DNA from: a virus
Taxonomy: Duplodnaviria; Heunggongvirae; Uroviricota; Caudoviricetes
DNA: 56,119 nucleotides
Strand: one strand, 5' to 3'
IMG/VR virus record: IMGVR_UViG_3300036801_000212
Coordinates: 64,001-120,119 of that record
The translations under genes were made by a program, and so were the position numbers. Position 1 is the stretch's first letter. The number at the start of each line of letters is the position of its first letter. The notes beneath the pieces are model-generated. The model did not search any database. It saw only the letters and a program-made list of their open reading frames with translations, and had not been told where the DNA came from. This document shows positions 9,836 to 18,830 of the stretch, one piece after another.

Positions 9836-10750
9836 GTGGCTAAAGGTACATGCAGTACGGGTGGTTGCGATAGAGATGTCACCAAACGGGGGATGTGCGA
9901 GTCGCACTACCGCAAGGAGCTCCGACACTCCAGGGACCCGTGTACCGCCGCTGGTTGCGAAACCAAGCAGGAAATCGGCGGCTTGTGTCAGAAACACTAC
10001 AGCCGACAGCGTCGGTGGGGCACGATGGACGACCCGACCCCGACTCGACCGCTGGGTGCGTGTTCGGTCCCCGACTGCGGCAAGACGGTTAAAGCCAAGG
10101 AGTTGTGCGCGATGCATCTTCAGCGGGTTAGCCGCTGGGGCAGTACAGACCTTCGTCCGCGCTCAGAGACTAGGACGTGCAAGCAATGCAACCGTCCGTG
10201 GCCAAGATGTCAGTTCCCGACCACGGTGCCGGTCTGCGAGTATTGCTATCCGCAGTACATGCTCAAGAGGCATGGTCCTTGCTCGGATGATGGGTGCGAA
10301 CGTGTTGTACAAGCGCTCGGATTGTGCAGCCTGCACTACGCACGCTTTCGCGCGCACGGGACGACCGCACTTCCTGGTCCGAAGCCCACGTTGAGGTGTG
10401 TCCACTGCGGCGAGGACGTCCCGCGTGCTGAGTACAACATCAAGAACGGTGCCTGCAATCAGTGCTATCCGCTCGTCAAGCAGGAGCGTAGGGCTAAGCG
10501 GCTTAGTCGGGCCAGCGGGGTATCGCGAAGCGCCGCGGAACTTCGGAAAGAGCAGGATGGCAGATGTGCAATTTGCGGTGTCCTTGAAGAAGATGCCGCA
10601 CGCGGACGCCTGGCCGTCGACCACGACCACGAGACGAATGCGATCCGTGGATTATTGTGCAATAACTGCAACGTCGGACTGGGTCACTTCAAGGACAATG
10701 AGAAACTACTTCTAGCGGCCATTGAATACCTAGCGCGCACGGCCGCCTAG
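9836..10750 (+). CDS. endonuclease VII family protein with repeated Cys/His Zn-finger modules
   Basis: Four C..xC...LC..H repeats; C-terminal CAICG...LAVDHDHETNAIRGLLCNNCNVGLG. Confidence 0.85.
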   Translation: MAKGTCSTGGCDRDVTKRGMCESHYRKELRHSRDPCTAAGCETKQEIGGLCQKHYSRQRRWGTMDDPTPTRPLGACSVPDCGKTVKAKELCAMHLQRVSRWGSTDLRPRSETRTCKQCNRPWPRCQFPTTVPVCEYCYPQYMLKRHGPCSDDGCERVVQALGLCSLHYARFRAHGTTALPGPKPTLRCVHCGEDVPRAEYNIKNGACNQCYPLVKQERRAKRLSRASGVSRSAAELRKEQDGRCAICGVLEEDAARGRLAVDHDHETNAIRGLLCNNCNVGLGHFKDNEKLLLAAIEYLARTAA

Positions 10751-10762
10751 CCAAACGCCGCC

Positions 10763-10801
10763 AAAAACCCCCAAGGCTCCATACCGGTCTTGGGGGTTTT
10801 T
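10763..10801. terminator. probable bidirectional intrinsic terminator
   Basis: AAAAACCCCCAAG...CTTGGGGGTTTTT. Confidence 0.7.
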
Positions 10802-10835
10802 GCTGCGCGCTTTATTCACTTGGGGAGCAATGCTA

Positions 10836-12575
10836 ATGAAGATGACGTCGGTCTTTGCGCCGATCCTGAAGAGTACCGAAAATGATGACGGCACTCTTTA
10901 CGTGTACGGCAAGGCCACGGGGCCAGATTTGGACCTTGACCAACAGCGGTGCGACCCCGACTGGCTGAAGCGCGCAATGCCGGAATGGTTCGGCGTTGGC
11001 GGAATCGGCACTGGTGGGAATATTCGTGAACAACACGACGAAAGAAAGGCCGCCGGCAGGGCTGTCGAGCACGACATCCTTGAAGATGGCCATTACATCA
11101 AGGCTCACATCGTTGATCCGGTGGCGGTTCTAAAGACCAAGGCTGGCGTGTACACGGGTTTTTCTATCGGGATCGGCCAACCGCGTATCGAGAAGTCCAC
11201 GAATGCTCCAAACGGAATAATTCGTGATGGAAAGATATTTGAAGTATCGCTCTGCGATAGGCCATGCCTGCCTACGGCGACTTTTACGATGTGTAAGTCC
11301 GCTAAGCCGGGAATGAAGATTAAGAACTCCGATTTCGATGCTCAACGTCTCTTGGTGCGGTGCGAAGAATTCGTCGAGAAGTCTGATGACTCGAGTGAGA
11401 TGACGGTCAGCATCGGCGATGCCATGTCCCCGGCGAAGGCCCGTGAGTTCGAGGAGAAGTTCGGCCGCGAAGTTGCCGATAAAGCTGTCGAGCCGGTCCT
11501 GGAGAAAGTCGAGAACGCTGTCGATGAACCCGACAGGGACGAGCGGTGGGAGTGGTTGCGCAAGTCCTACACCGGTGAGTTTGACCGCCAGGCCGCATTG
11601 GACCTGATCAAGGCTGAGAATGATCTTCCCCCAGAGTATGACTCTGAGCAGGTCGACATTGAGAATGCTCAGTCGGCGATCGCGATTCTCTCCCAGCTGA
11701 TCATCTCTGAGGCTAGTGAGATGTGCGACAACCCGGCCGAGGATTGTGACATCCAGATTCTCTTGGAGGCCGTGCAGGCGCTGCGGTGCTTTATCCATCG
11801 TGAGCAGCAGCAGGCCATGGGTGCGGATGTCATCAAGAAGCCGGTTCCAGTGTTCCTGTCTGTCGATCCGGATTTGAACAAGGCCAAGTACTCCGCTGAT
11901 CAGTTGCGCCAGATGCTCAAAGAGGGCAAAGCGATGCGCAACCCGGCTGGTGAGCCGTCGTATCCAATCGGCGACAAGAAAGACCTCTCAAACGCCATTC
12001 ACGCGGTCGGCCGCGGTTCTGGCGACCACAACGCGATCCGTGCGTATATCAAGCGCAGGGCGAAGGCGCTAGGAGCATCAAACATGATCCCAGAAGACTG
12101 GAACAGCGACGGTTCGAACAAGTCCGCTGAGCCGACTGAAGTCGAGACCGTCGGGGAGGCTCAGGGTGACGAGGTTCTAAAGAGCGCCGAGTCCGACGCC
12201 GAAGAGATCACCAAGTCCGTTGAGGCCGAAGAGCCTCCGGCCGACGTTTTGTTCAAGGCCTTCTCCGCACTGTTGGAGAAGGATGACAATCCACTATTGA
12301 AGAGTTTTGAAGCCATCATTGAAAAGTCGACGGCGGCCACCGCTGCGCAGCTCGGGGAGCTGGGCGAGCGGTTGGGTCGGGTCGAGCAGATGGCAACCCC
12401 TGGTGGTCCGTCTTTGAAGCGGACCGAAGTTGAGCGCACCGTAGCCCGCAAGCAGGACCTTGATCGAGAGGTTTCGCGGTTCAAGGCGCTCGCAAGCGCA
12501 GCTGAGGATCACGTGCTTCGGAAGGGCTATATGGCCAAGGCCTCCAGTCTGGAAGCCGAACTCAAAGCGCTGTAA
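10836..12575 (+). CDS. prohead protease / scaffold fusion
   Basis: N-terminal IREQH, GFSIG and EVSLCDRP motifs (HK97-type protease); acidic and coiled C-terminal part; precedes the capsid gene. Confidence 0.8.
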   Translation: MKMTSVFAPILKSTENDDGTLYVYGKATGPDLDLDQQRCDPDWLKRAMPEWFGVGGIGTGGNIREQHDERKAAGRAVEHDILEDGHYIKAHIVDPVAVLKTKAGVYTGFSIGIGQPRIEKSTNAPNGIIRDGKIFEVSLCDRPCLPTATFTMCKSAKPGMKIKNSDFDAQRLLVRCEEFVEKSDDSSEMTVSIGDAMSPAKAREFEEKFGREVADKAVEPVLEKVENAVDEPDRDERWEWLRKSYTGEFDRQAALDLIKAENDLPPEYDSEQVDIENAQSAIAILSQLIISEASEMCDNPAEDCDIQILLEAVQALRCFIHREQQQAMGADVIKKPVPVFLSVDPDLNKAKYSADQLRQMLKEGKAMRNPAGEPSYPIGDKKDLSNAIHAVGRGSGDHNAIRAYIKRRAKALGASNMIPEDWNSDGSNKSAEPTEVETVGEAQGDEVLKSAESDAEEITKSVEAEEPPADVLFKAFSALLEKDDNPLLKSFEAIIEKSTAATAAQLGELGERLGRVEQMATPGGPSLKRTEVERTVARKQDLDREVSRFKALASAAEDHVLRKGYMAKASSLEAELKAL

Positions 12576-12624
12576 TCGCTAACAAATCTTACCCCTCTTT
12601 GGGGCTTTCGTTAAGGAGAAAAGG

Positions 12625-14289
12625 ATGGCTGACTGCCCTCCTAACGCATCCGCGATGTTCGGGGATTCTGATGACCCGATGGAGATCGCCGAGCGTTTTG
12701 AAACCTACAAGTCTGAACTGAATAAGAGTACGGCAAACCCGCGGCCGCTTCCTGGCTCGCGTCGCGAGCAGAACAGCGTCGAGGCACTTCAGAAGGCGCT
12801 CGGCTCGGCTGATGTCTCCAAGGCATTGTCACCAGAGCTGGTGGACTCTGTCCGCAACGCTCTGGCCCAGTCTGACGTCGGCAAGGCTGGCGCGGCTGAG
12901 TGGACCACCACCAACCCAGTTCCGCAGGGTCTGGCCGCGTTCGACCTGGAGGCTCCGGCGAAACTGCTGGCTCCGAGGCCGACGCCGTTGCGTAACCGGC
13001 TTCCCCGGCGCCGGGGCGTGGGCTTGGCCCACCGCTTCAAGCGCATCACCGGCTTCACCGGTACTGGAACTGGCGGCGTGGGGATTTTCTTCCCCGGCAT
13101 CACCGAGGGCGGCACTGTCGCCGGCGGGAGTCAGTTCACCCAGGGTGGCTGGACGCCTCTGCGCGGTTCGACGATCCAGTACGCCGGTGATGACCAGGTC
13201 ATCCCGTACAAGCAATACAGTGTCAGTGACACTGTCGCGTGGGACGCACAGTTCGCCGGGCAGGGCTATCAGGACGTTAGGCAGTTGTCGCAGACCGCGC
13301 TTCTATGGTCTTCAATGCTGCTTGAAGAGCGCATGCTTCTGGGTGCTCGAGGTACGGACAGTGCTTTTGCTGGCGCAATTGTTCCGACGATCACCCTGGC
13401 TGTCGGTGCGACCTCTGGCGGTATCACCAACACCATTACCACGAACGTGTGGGTCCAGGTTGTTGCTCACGGTATCTGGGGCACCAGTGCGATCACGACC
13501 AATGCGAGCGTCGCGGCGGCCACTAACGACACGATCGTAGTGACCTTCACCAACGCCAATACCAGCGGCGCTCTGTCGCACGACATTTACTGGGGTACCG
13601 GTGCGTCGGCGCCGGCGGCGACGAGCATGTTCTTCGTCGCCAACACCACTAGTAGCACCTACACCCTTTCTGGGGCTTTGCCTGCGTCTGGGACGAATGC
13701 GTCGACCGCTCCGTCGAGCGACACCACCGCATATGCAACTGGCTATGACGGTCTGCTGACTTATTGCACCGGCGCGAACAGCGGATATGTGAGCCACGTT
13801 AACGGCACGCTGTCCACCATGAACCCAGGCAACGAGTTCAACTTGGCTTTCGCCAGCCTGTACGACAGCGTGAAGGCCTCGCCGGACGAAATCCTTGCGA
13901 ATGGCCATGATCGCAAGCAGCTGTCGGACACTCTGAAGTCCAACAGTGGAAACTCCTACCGCATCATGGTGGACAGTGCATCTCAGGCGCATAACGCGCA
14001 GATCGGTGCGCTTGTTACTGGTGTGCAGAATGAGGTCACTGGGGACATGGTGGACGTGACGGTCCATCCTTGGTTGCCTCAAGGCACGATGCCCATTATT
14101 TCCTGGACGCTGCCGCTTCCTGACTCGAATGTGTCGGACTGCTTCGCGGTGTACAACGTGCAGGACTACATGGGGATCGAATGGCCAGTGAACCAGTTCC
14201 TCTACGAGTCCTCGAGCTACTGGTACGGGACTTTCGTGGCATACGCGCCAGCCTGGTCGGGCGCCGTGATGGGGATCACCGCAACCTAG
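12625..14289 (+). CDS. major capsid protein with Thr/Ala-rich beta insertion
   Basis: Strong AAGGAG RBS; FDLEAPAKLL...TPLRNRLPR motif; synteny; terminator follows. Confidence 0.85.
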   Translation: MADCPPNASAMFGDSDDPMEIAERFETYKSELNKSTANPRPLPGSRREQNSVEALQKALGSADVSKALSPELVDSVRNALAQSDVGKAGAAEWTTTNPVPQGLAAFDLEAPAKLLAPRPTPLRNRLPRRRGVGLAHRFKRITGFTGTGTGGVGIFFPGITEGGTVAGGSQFTQGGWTPLRGSTIQYAGDDQVIPYKQYSVSDTVAWDAQFAGQGYQDVRQLSQTALLWSSMLLEERMLLGARGTDSAFAGAIVPTITLAVGATSGGITNTITTNVWVQVVAHGIWGTSAITTNASVAAATNDTIVVTFTNANTSGALSHDIYWGTGASAPAATSMFFVANTTSSTYTLSGALPASGTNASTAPSSDTTAYATGYDGLLTYCTGANSGYVSHVNGTLSTMNPGNEFNLAFASLYDSVKASPDEILANGHDRKQLSDTLKSNSGNSYRIMVDSASQAHNAQIGALVTGVQNEVTGDMVDVTVHPWLPQGTMPIISWTLPLPDSNVSDCFAVYNVQDYMGIEWPVNQFLYESSSYWYGTFVAYAPAWSGAVMGITAT

Positions 14290-14306
14290 AAATTCTCTGA
14301 CAGATA

Positions 14307-14339
14307 GAAATGCCGCTGGCTACCTGTCAGCGGCATTTC
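14307..14339 (+). terminator. hairpin terminator after capsid gene
   Basis: GAAATGCCGCTG/CAGCGGCATTTC 12-bp stem. Confidence 0.7.
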
Positions 14340-14368
14340 TATTCCACGTCTTCAAAGGAGTTCTGCGT

Positions 14369-14593
14369 ATGTCTTCCCCCGTGAAGGCGCAGCCCGAGAA
14401 ACGACGTCCCGGCCGCCCACGTAAGACACCGGAAGTCGAGCCTGCCGTCGAATCGGGATCGGAAGAACGAGTGCGGTTCCCGTCAGATGAGCGAATTGGC
14501 CAGTCCGTCGATCCGGCTTGGGTCAGGATTGGCTTCATGGATGGCCGTCAGTATCGAATCGAAAATGGCGTCATCGTCGAGAGGACACATTAA
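14369..14593 (+). CDS. small hypothetical protein
   Basis: AAGGAG RBS; RRPGRPRK AT-hook-like motif. Confidence 0.65.
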   Translation: MSSPVKAQPEKRRPGRPRKTPEVEPAVESGSEERVRFPSDERIGQSVDPAWVRIGFMDGRQYRIENGVIVERTH

Positions 14594-14659
14594 TGTTGTC
14601 ACCGTCGTCATCGATCCCGTTCGGCGTTGTGGCCGCAGACGCGTAAGGAGGATGTTGCT

Positions 14660-14920
14660 TTGGGAAGGCTCCTTTCCCCCGACGACAAGTGCCTTGGTGT
14701 TGATGTGCCGTACGGCCAGCGCCATGGCAGCTACGACGGGACCGTAATCGACGTGTCCGATCCGTATCACGAGCGCCTCCTCAGGAAGGCCGGCTACACC
14801 GTGGGTGACGTCTCCGGTGCCCCGTCCAAGGCGGACGGGTTCGAATGTGCGTCGTGTCGCTTCCGCTCGTACTTCCGCATCTGTTCTAAGTGCGGTTCAG
14901 AATGTGAGAGGCCGGCCTAA
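14660..14920 (+). CDS. small Zn-ribbon protein
   Basis: AAGGAGG RBS before TTG 14660; CASC...CSKC. Confidence 0.65.
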   Translation: MGRLLSPDDKCLGVDVPYGQRHGSYDGTVIDVSDPYHERLLRKAGYTVGDVSGAPSKADGFECASCRFRSYFRICSKCGSECERPA

Positions 14921-14961
14921 GTGACTTAACCGGCCATATTTGGACTATTAGGGGGTGTGTC

Positions 14962-15837
14962 GTGATTGCGACGCAAGTCTCCACAATGGGGATTCCAGTC
15001 CCCTACATTACATTAGCCGAGTTCAAGCGCTCCCCTATCTCGAATCAGCTCCAAAAGTTGGTGCCGAACTCTTCCCCCGCTGATTTAGATGGGGAACTGA
15101 ACCAAATAATCCGCCGTATCACAGGGTCGATCAATTCTTATTGTGGCCAGAATCTAGCCGCGACGGTAGATACCGAGATCGGGCAGATGGTGGTGGGGGA
15201 CGATGGTGGGCTGCGTATCCATACACGCGGGAATCCTATTGTCCAGGTTTTGAATGTCTCGATCGGTAACACAGTTTCGAGTCTCGCACCCGTCACTGAT
15301 TTGTCCAACATCGTTTTAGATGCATGGCGGATTACCATTCCGCAAGCTAACGGACTTCTCGGCCTCAATCAGAATCTTCAGTTCGGGAGACGTCCAGGTC
15401 AGAGGCTGTGGTGTCAGTGGACCTATATCAACGGCTATCCGGTGACGACTCTAGCTTCCCCCGCAAGCGCTGGTGACACTGAAATCACCGTGGTCGATGC
15501 GACGGGGATTTTGCCAACATCGGCGCAGCAACCAACTTCTCTCAATATGGAGGATGGGAAGTATTTCGAGTCTTTCTTCCCTTCCGCGGTGAGCGGGAAT
15601 GTTCTCACTGTCCCTCCGTTGCTGTATTCCCATGCTGTCGGTACGGGTGTTTCGAATCTTCCGGACGACGTGAAGGAAGCTTTGTTGCTTCTTGTTTCGA
15701 GAATCCACGATTCGTGGTCTAAGTCTTCCGGGTCTATCTCACATGATGAGACGGGGGCGCGACGTCCCGGTGGTGGTTCGAAATTCAAACTGTGCGATCC
15801 GGCGGATATTCTGAAACCGTATAGGCGTGTGCTTTGA
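14962..15837 (+). CDS. head-to-tail adaptor
   Basis: PYITLAEFK N-terminus, LPDDVKEALLLL C-terminus; synteny. Confidence 0.7.
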   Translation: MIATQVSTMGIPVPYITLAEFKRSPISNQLQKLVPNSSPADLDGELNQIIRRITGSINSYCGQNLAATVDTEIGQMVVGDDGGLRIHTRGNPIVQVLNVSIGNTVSSLAPVTDLSNIVLDAWRITIPQANGLLGLNQNLQFGRRPGQRLWCQWTYINGYPVTTLASPASAGDTEITVVDATGILPTSAQQPTSLNMEDGKYFESFFPSAVSGNVLTVPPLLYSHAVGTGVSNLPDDVKEALLLLVSRIHDSWSKSSGSISHDETGARRPGGGSKFKLCDPADILKPYRRVL

Positions 15838-16226
15838 GCAAGTACAACGATATTCGGAAAACGTTGGGTGCGGCGCTACAGAGTTTCAATCCCGCGTTGA
15901 ATGTTTATTTGTATGTGCCGGACAGTTTCGTTATGCCGGCGGCGATCATCAAACCCCAACCTCATAGAACCATAGGTTATTTGGAAGCTCAGTCTTCGAA
16001 TATGGCCTGCTGGTATTTCTATGTCCAGATCGTCATTGGCGAAGTGTACGAGGAAGCAGCACAGGATGCCGCTGGGGAATTGATCTCCCCGGGGTCTCCT
16101 TTAATCGTGGCGCTGCAGAATTGTATGCGATTCGTTCAAGTAACGGATTCTGGGATTAGCTCCATGGGAACCCCCGATGGGGGCACTTACACCTATGCGC
16201 AGCTTTCTTTGATGGTCCAGGCTTAA
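15834..16226 (+). CDS. tail terminator / completion protein
   Basis: Size, position and 4-bp overlap with the adaptor gene. Confidence 0.6.
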   Translation: MSKYNDIRKTLGAALQSFNPALNVYLYVPDSFVMPAAIIKPQPHRTIGYLEAQSSNMACWYFYVQIVIGEVYEEAAQDAAGELISPGSPLIVALQNCMRFVQVTDSGISSMGTPDGGTYTYAQLSLMVQA

Positions 16227-16259
16227 TTTCTTCCACAGCCCCCTTCTTGGCGGGCTTTT

Positions 16260-16505
16260 TTGTTGTCCCCAAAACAAGAAAGGCGTGCTGTGCCAGTTTC
16301 TAAACAGTACGAAGTCATCCGACCTTTCCGGCGGACGGACCCTAGGACGGGTTTCGACACCCACTTCAAGGTCGGCGACGCATTCACAGGCGCGATCGAC
16401 AAGCCGTATCTGCTGGACCCAGATGGTCCAGACGGCAAAGGCTCCTTAATCGCCGAGAAGTCAGCTCCTCCCGCACCCATTGACTCCAGCGACAAGGAGA
16501 AATAA
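16260..16505 (+). CDS. small virion-region protein
   Basis: YEVIRPF-type small protein between terminator and tail tube genes. Confidence 0.55.
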   Translation: MLSPKQERRAVPVSKQYEVIRPFRRTDPRTGFDTHFKVGDAFTGAIDKPYLLDPDGPDGKGSLIAEKSAPPAPIDSSDKEK

Positions 16506-16508
16506 CTC

Positions 16509-17291
16509 ATGGCCATTGACCTCAATCAGGTGACGGTCGCCTACCCCGGATATAAAGCGCAGTGGGGTCTAGAACAGTACCTGTTCGGCGCGCAGGGTAA
16601 CGACATCGAGCATTCTCGTAAGGCCGATAAGATCGACGGTTCGGGTTTCGGCACTCGTGTGCGGAACTCTCTTCCGGGTATGCAGGAAGGCTCTTTGAAG
16701 ATCAAGGGTCTTGCCGCGATGGACCGGGGGAGTTTGAACTGGCAGATCAACCAGTGGTTCGGTCGGAAATCTCCGGTCAATGCGTGGTATGCGCTGGAAG
16801 GTTTGACGGCACTGTCGCCGATCACCATGCAGCCTTCTTCCATCATTGACGCCTCGATCTCGGCGAAGTTGAAGGACGCGGTCGACTTCAACTTGGAGTT
16901 GGATGCGAGAGGTGCTTACAACGACGGTTTCATTCTGCTTTCCCCGCAGAATCTTCTGACCGGCGCCTCCGGTGTCGGTTCGAGCATGAACGACACTACC
17001 TATTACGGCGGTGCCACCACCACCGGCGGTGTTGGGCAATTGCACGTGTGGGCGTTTGACGGTGGAACTACACCGTCTGTCACCGTGACCATCCAGCATT
17101 CCCCGGATGGGACGACCTGGACGAACCTTATCGCGTTCGCCGCGCAGTCGACTTTGGGTTCGCAGCGGATCACCCTTCCCTCGACGACCACGATTAACCC
17201 GTACATCCAGGCTATTTGGAGCGCCACCGGTTCGCCGACCGACGTGCAGGTTTTGTGTGCTTTCGCCCGTGGTGTGAACCTGGACGTGTAA
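16509..17291 (+). CDS. major tail (tube) protein
   Basis: AAGGAG RBS; beta-rich; IDGSGFG...LPGMQEGSL motif; upstream of the chaperones. Confidence 0.8.
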   Translation: MAIDLNQVTVAYPGYKAQWGLEQYLFGAQGNDIEHSRKADKIDGSGFGTRVRNSLPGMQEGSLKIKGLAAMDRGSLNWQINQWFGRKSPVNAWYALEGLTALSPITMQPSSIIDASISAKLKDAVDFNLELDARGAYNDGFILLSPQNLLTGASGVGSSMNDTTYYGGATTTGGVGQLHVWAFDGGTTPSVTVTIQHSPDGTTWTNLIAFAAQSTLGSQRITLPSTTTINPYIQAIWSATGSPTDVQVLCAFARGVNLDV

Positions 17292-17293
17292 CA

Positions 17294-18037
17294 GTGCCGA
17301 TGCTGCCGGATGACCCTAGATGTGTTTTTTCCTCGCAAGTGGAACCGGAGGCTCTTCGGGAAATTCTTAGAGCTCTCGATCCCAAGGAAATCACGGAGCT
17401 GGGGTGTCGGGTCATCAAGCAGCCCGGTGCTTGTGCGCTTTGCGTGGCCAATGACGACTGCAACAAAGTACCAATGCACAACCACTGTTTCCCGGCGGAA
17501 ACGCATGTGATGGCCTCGGGAGTCAAGCGTGCGTATCGACGCTGGTACGAGGGTGAAATGGTCGAGATAGATACGACCAACGGGGATGTCCTGCGTGGCA
17601 CCCCGAATCACCCGATCCTCACCGAAAGGGGATGGGTCGCGCTAGGTGGACTCGACAAAAACGATCACGTTGTCAGCGACCCATCCCACCAGAGCGTCCC
17701 AGGCTCTCAGAATATCCCCATCGGTGAGATTTTTGATTCGGCTGCGGGTCATCGCCACTCGGCAATGGGACAAAGAGCAGAGTTTCACGGCGACGGGTTC
17801 GACGGTGAGATTGTGACCGTGACCAATGACGCCGTAACGCTTGGCAGAAGTCTTGATGGGCTAGCCGGAATGATCAAGCTCGATCAGGTTGTTAAGGTCC
17901 GCCGATTCCCATTCAAGGGTGATGTTTACAACCTTGAAACAGTCAGTGGCTGGTATGTGGCTAACAACATCCTGGTCAAAAACTGCCGCTGTAAGCCGGA
18001 ATTCTTCCTCATGAGGGACTACATCGAAGCGGAGTAG
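17294..18037 (+). CDS. small MuF-C-terminus-like Cys/His protein carrying a mini-intein
   Basis: Exteins read ...GACALC...PMHNH|CRC; HINT motifs between them. Confidence 0.75.
   Translation: MPMLPDDPRCVFSSQVEPEALREILRALDPKEITELGCRVIKQPGACALCVANDDCNKVPMHNHCFPAETHVMASGVKRAYRRWYEGEMVEIDTTNGDVLRGTPNHPILTERGWVALGGLDKNDHVVSDPSHQSVPGSQNIPIGEIFDSAAGHRHSAMGQRAEFHGDGFDGEIVTVTNDAVTLGRSLDGLAGMIKLDQVVKVRRFPFKGDVYNLETVSGWYVANNILVKNCRCKPEFFLMRDYIEAE
17486..17983 (+). mobile_element. mini-intein (166 aa, non-canonical KN end)
   Basis: Starts CFPAETHV, block B TPNH, ends VYNLETVSGWYVANNILVKN followed by Cys+1. Confidence 0.85.
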
Positions 18038-18093
18038 GCGTGACTCGCAGAAAACGTCTAGTCCCTAAGCCTATTCCTAGGAGCACCACCTCT

Positions 18094-18513
18094 ATGTCCG
18101 ACGCCGAAGAGATCGACTTCGAAATTGTCACCAACGTTCGCATGCTTGCGCCTCCCCCCGCATTGCGGCATGAACCTATCACCTTGAAGGACTGGAAGAC
18201 GACGTCCGGCAAGAAGGCTCGATTCTTGGTGTGGGAATTGACCGCCGCTGATCACGCTGACTGGATTGAGTCGGGTCGGGTTTACACCAAGGATGGTGTG
18301 TTCAAACGGTTCGACAACAAAGACAACGACATTCGCTTCCTGGCGTATGTTTTGCGCGATCCTCACGGGAACCGGTTGTGGCACACGGTGGAGACCGCGA
18401 AGGCTGTTTTGGGGAGTATCGGCCGAAGCGACATTGAGGCACTGCTTGAGTTGGCGAACAAAGTGAATTCGGCGAAGGATGGTGCTACGGAGGGAAACTC
18501 CGAGGAAATCTAG
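18094..18513 (+). CDS. tail assembly chaperone
   Basis: AGGAG RBS; between tail tube and tape measure; slippery heptamer near the 3' end. Confidence 0.8.
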   Translation: MSDAEEIDFEIVTNVRMLAPPPALRHEPITLKDWKTTSGKKARFLVWELTAADHADWIESGRVYTKDGVFKRFDNKDNDIRFLAYVLRDPHGNRLWHTVETAKAVLGSIGRSDIEALLELANKVNSAKDGATEGNSEEI

Positions 18514-18821
18514 AGCGCCTGATTGCTCTAGATTTCGCCTTCGAGTGGGGTTTCCCTTCTGCCGACATGCTGTTGCAGTCCATTCCCGGTCCGGTGTGGA
18601 AGGAGTGGGTTGAGTGGGTGAAGATTCGCGGTCCTATAGGTCCCGCACGTCAAGACCAATATGTAGCCTTCTTGGCGATGCAGATCGCTTTGACGAATCC
18701 GCATCGGAAGGATATTAAGTTTAGTGATTTCGTTTCCCCGTGGTTGAGGCCCGATGAAGTCGACCCTCTGCTATTTGTGAGGCCGTGGATCGATACCCGG
18801 GGAACCGGAGAAGAAGACTGA
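18492..18821 (+). CDS. tail assembly chaperone extension via programmed -1 frameshift
   Basis: G GGA AAC at 18492-18498 in X XXY YYZ phase; the -1 frame is open from 18492 to 18821. Confidence 0.8.
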   Translation, partial: GKLRGNLERLIALDFAFEWGFPSADMLLQSIPGPVWKEWVEWVKIRGPIGPARQDQYVAFLAMQIALTNPHRKDIKFSDFVSPWLRPDEVDPLLFVRPWIDTRGTGEED

Positions 18822-18830
18822 GGTTGTCCT

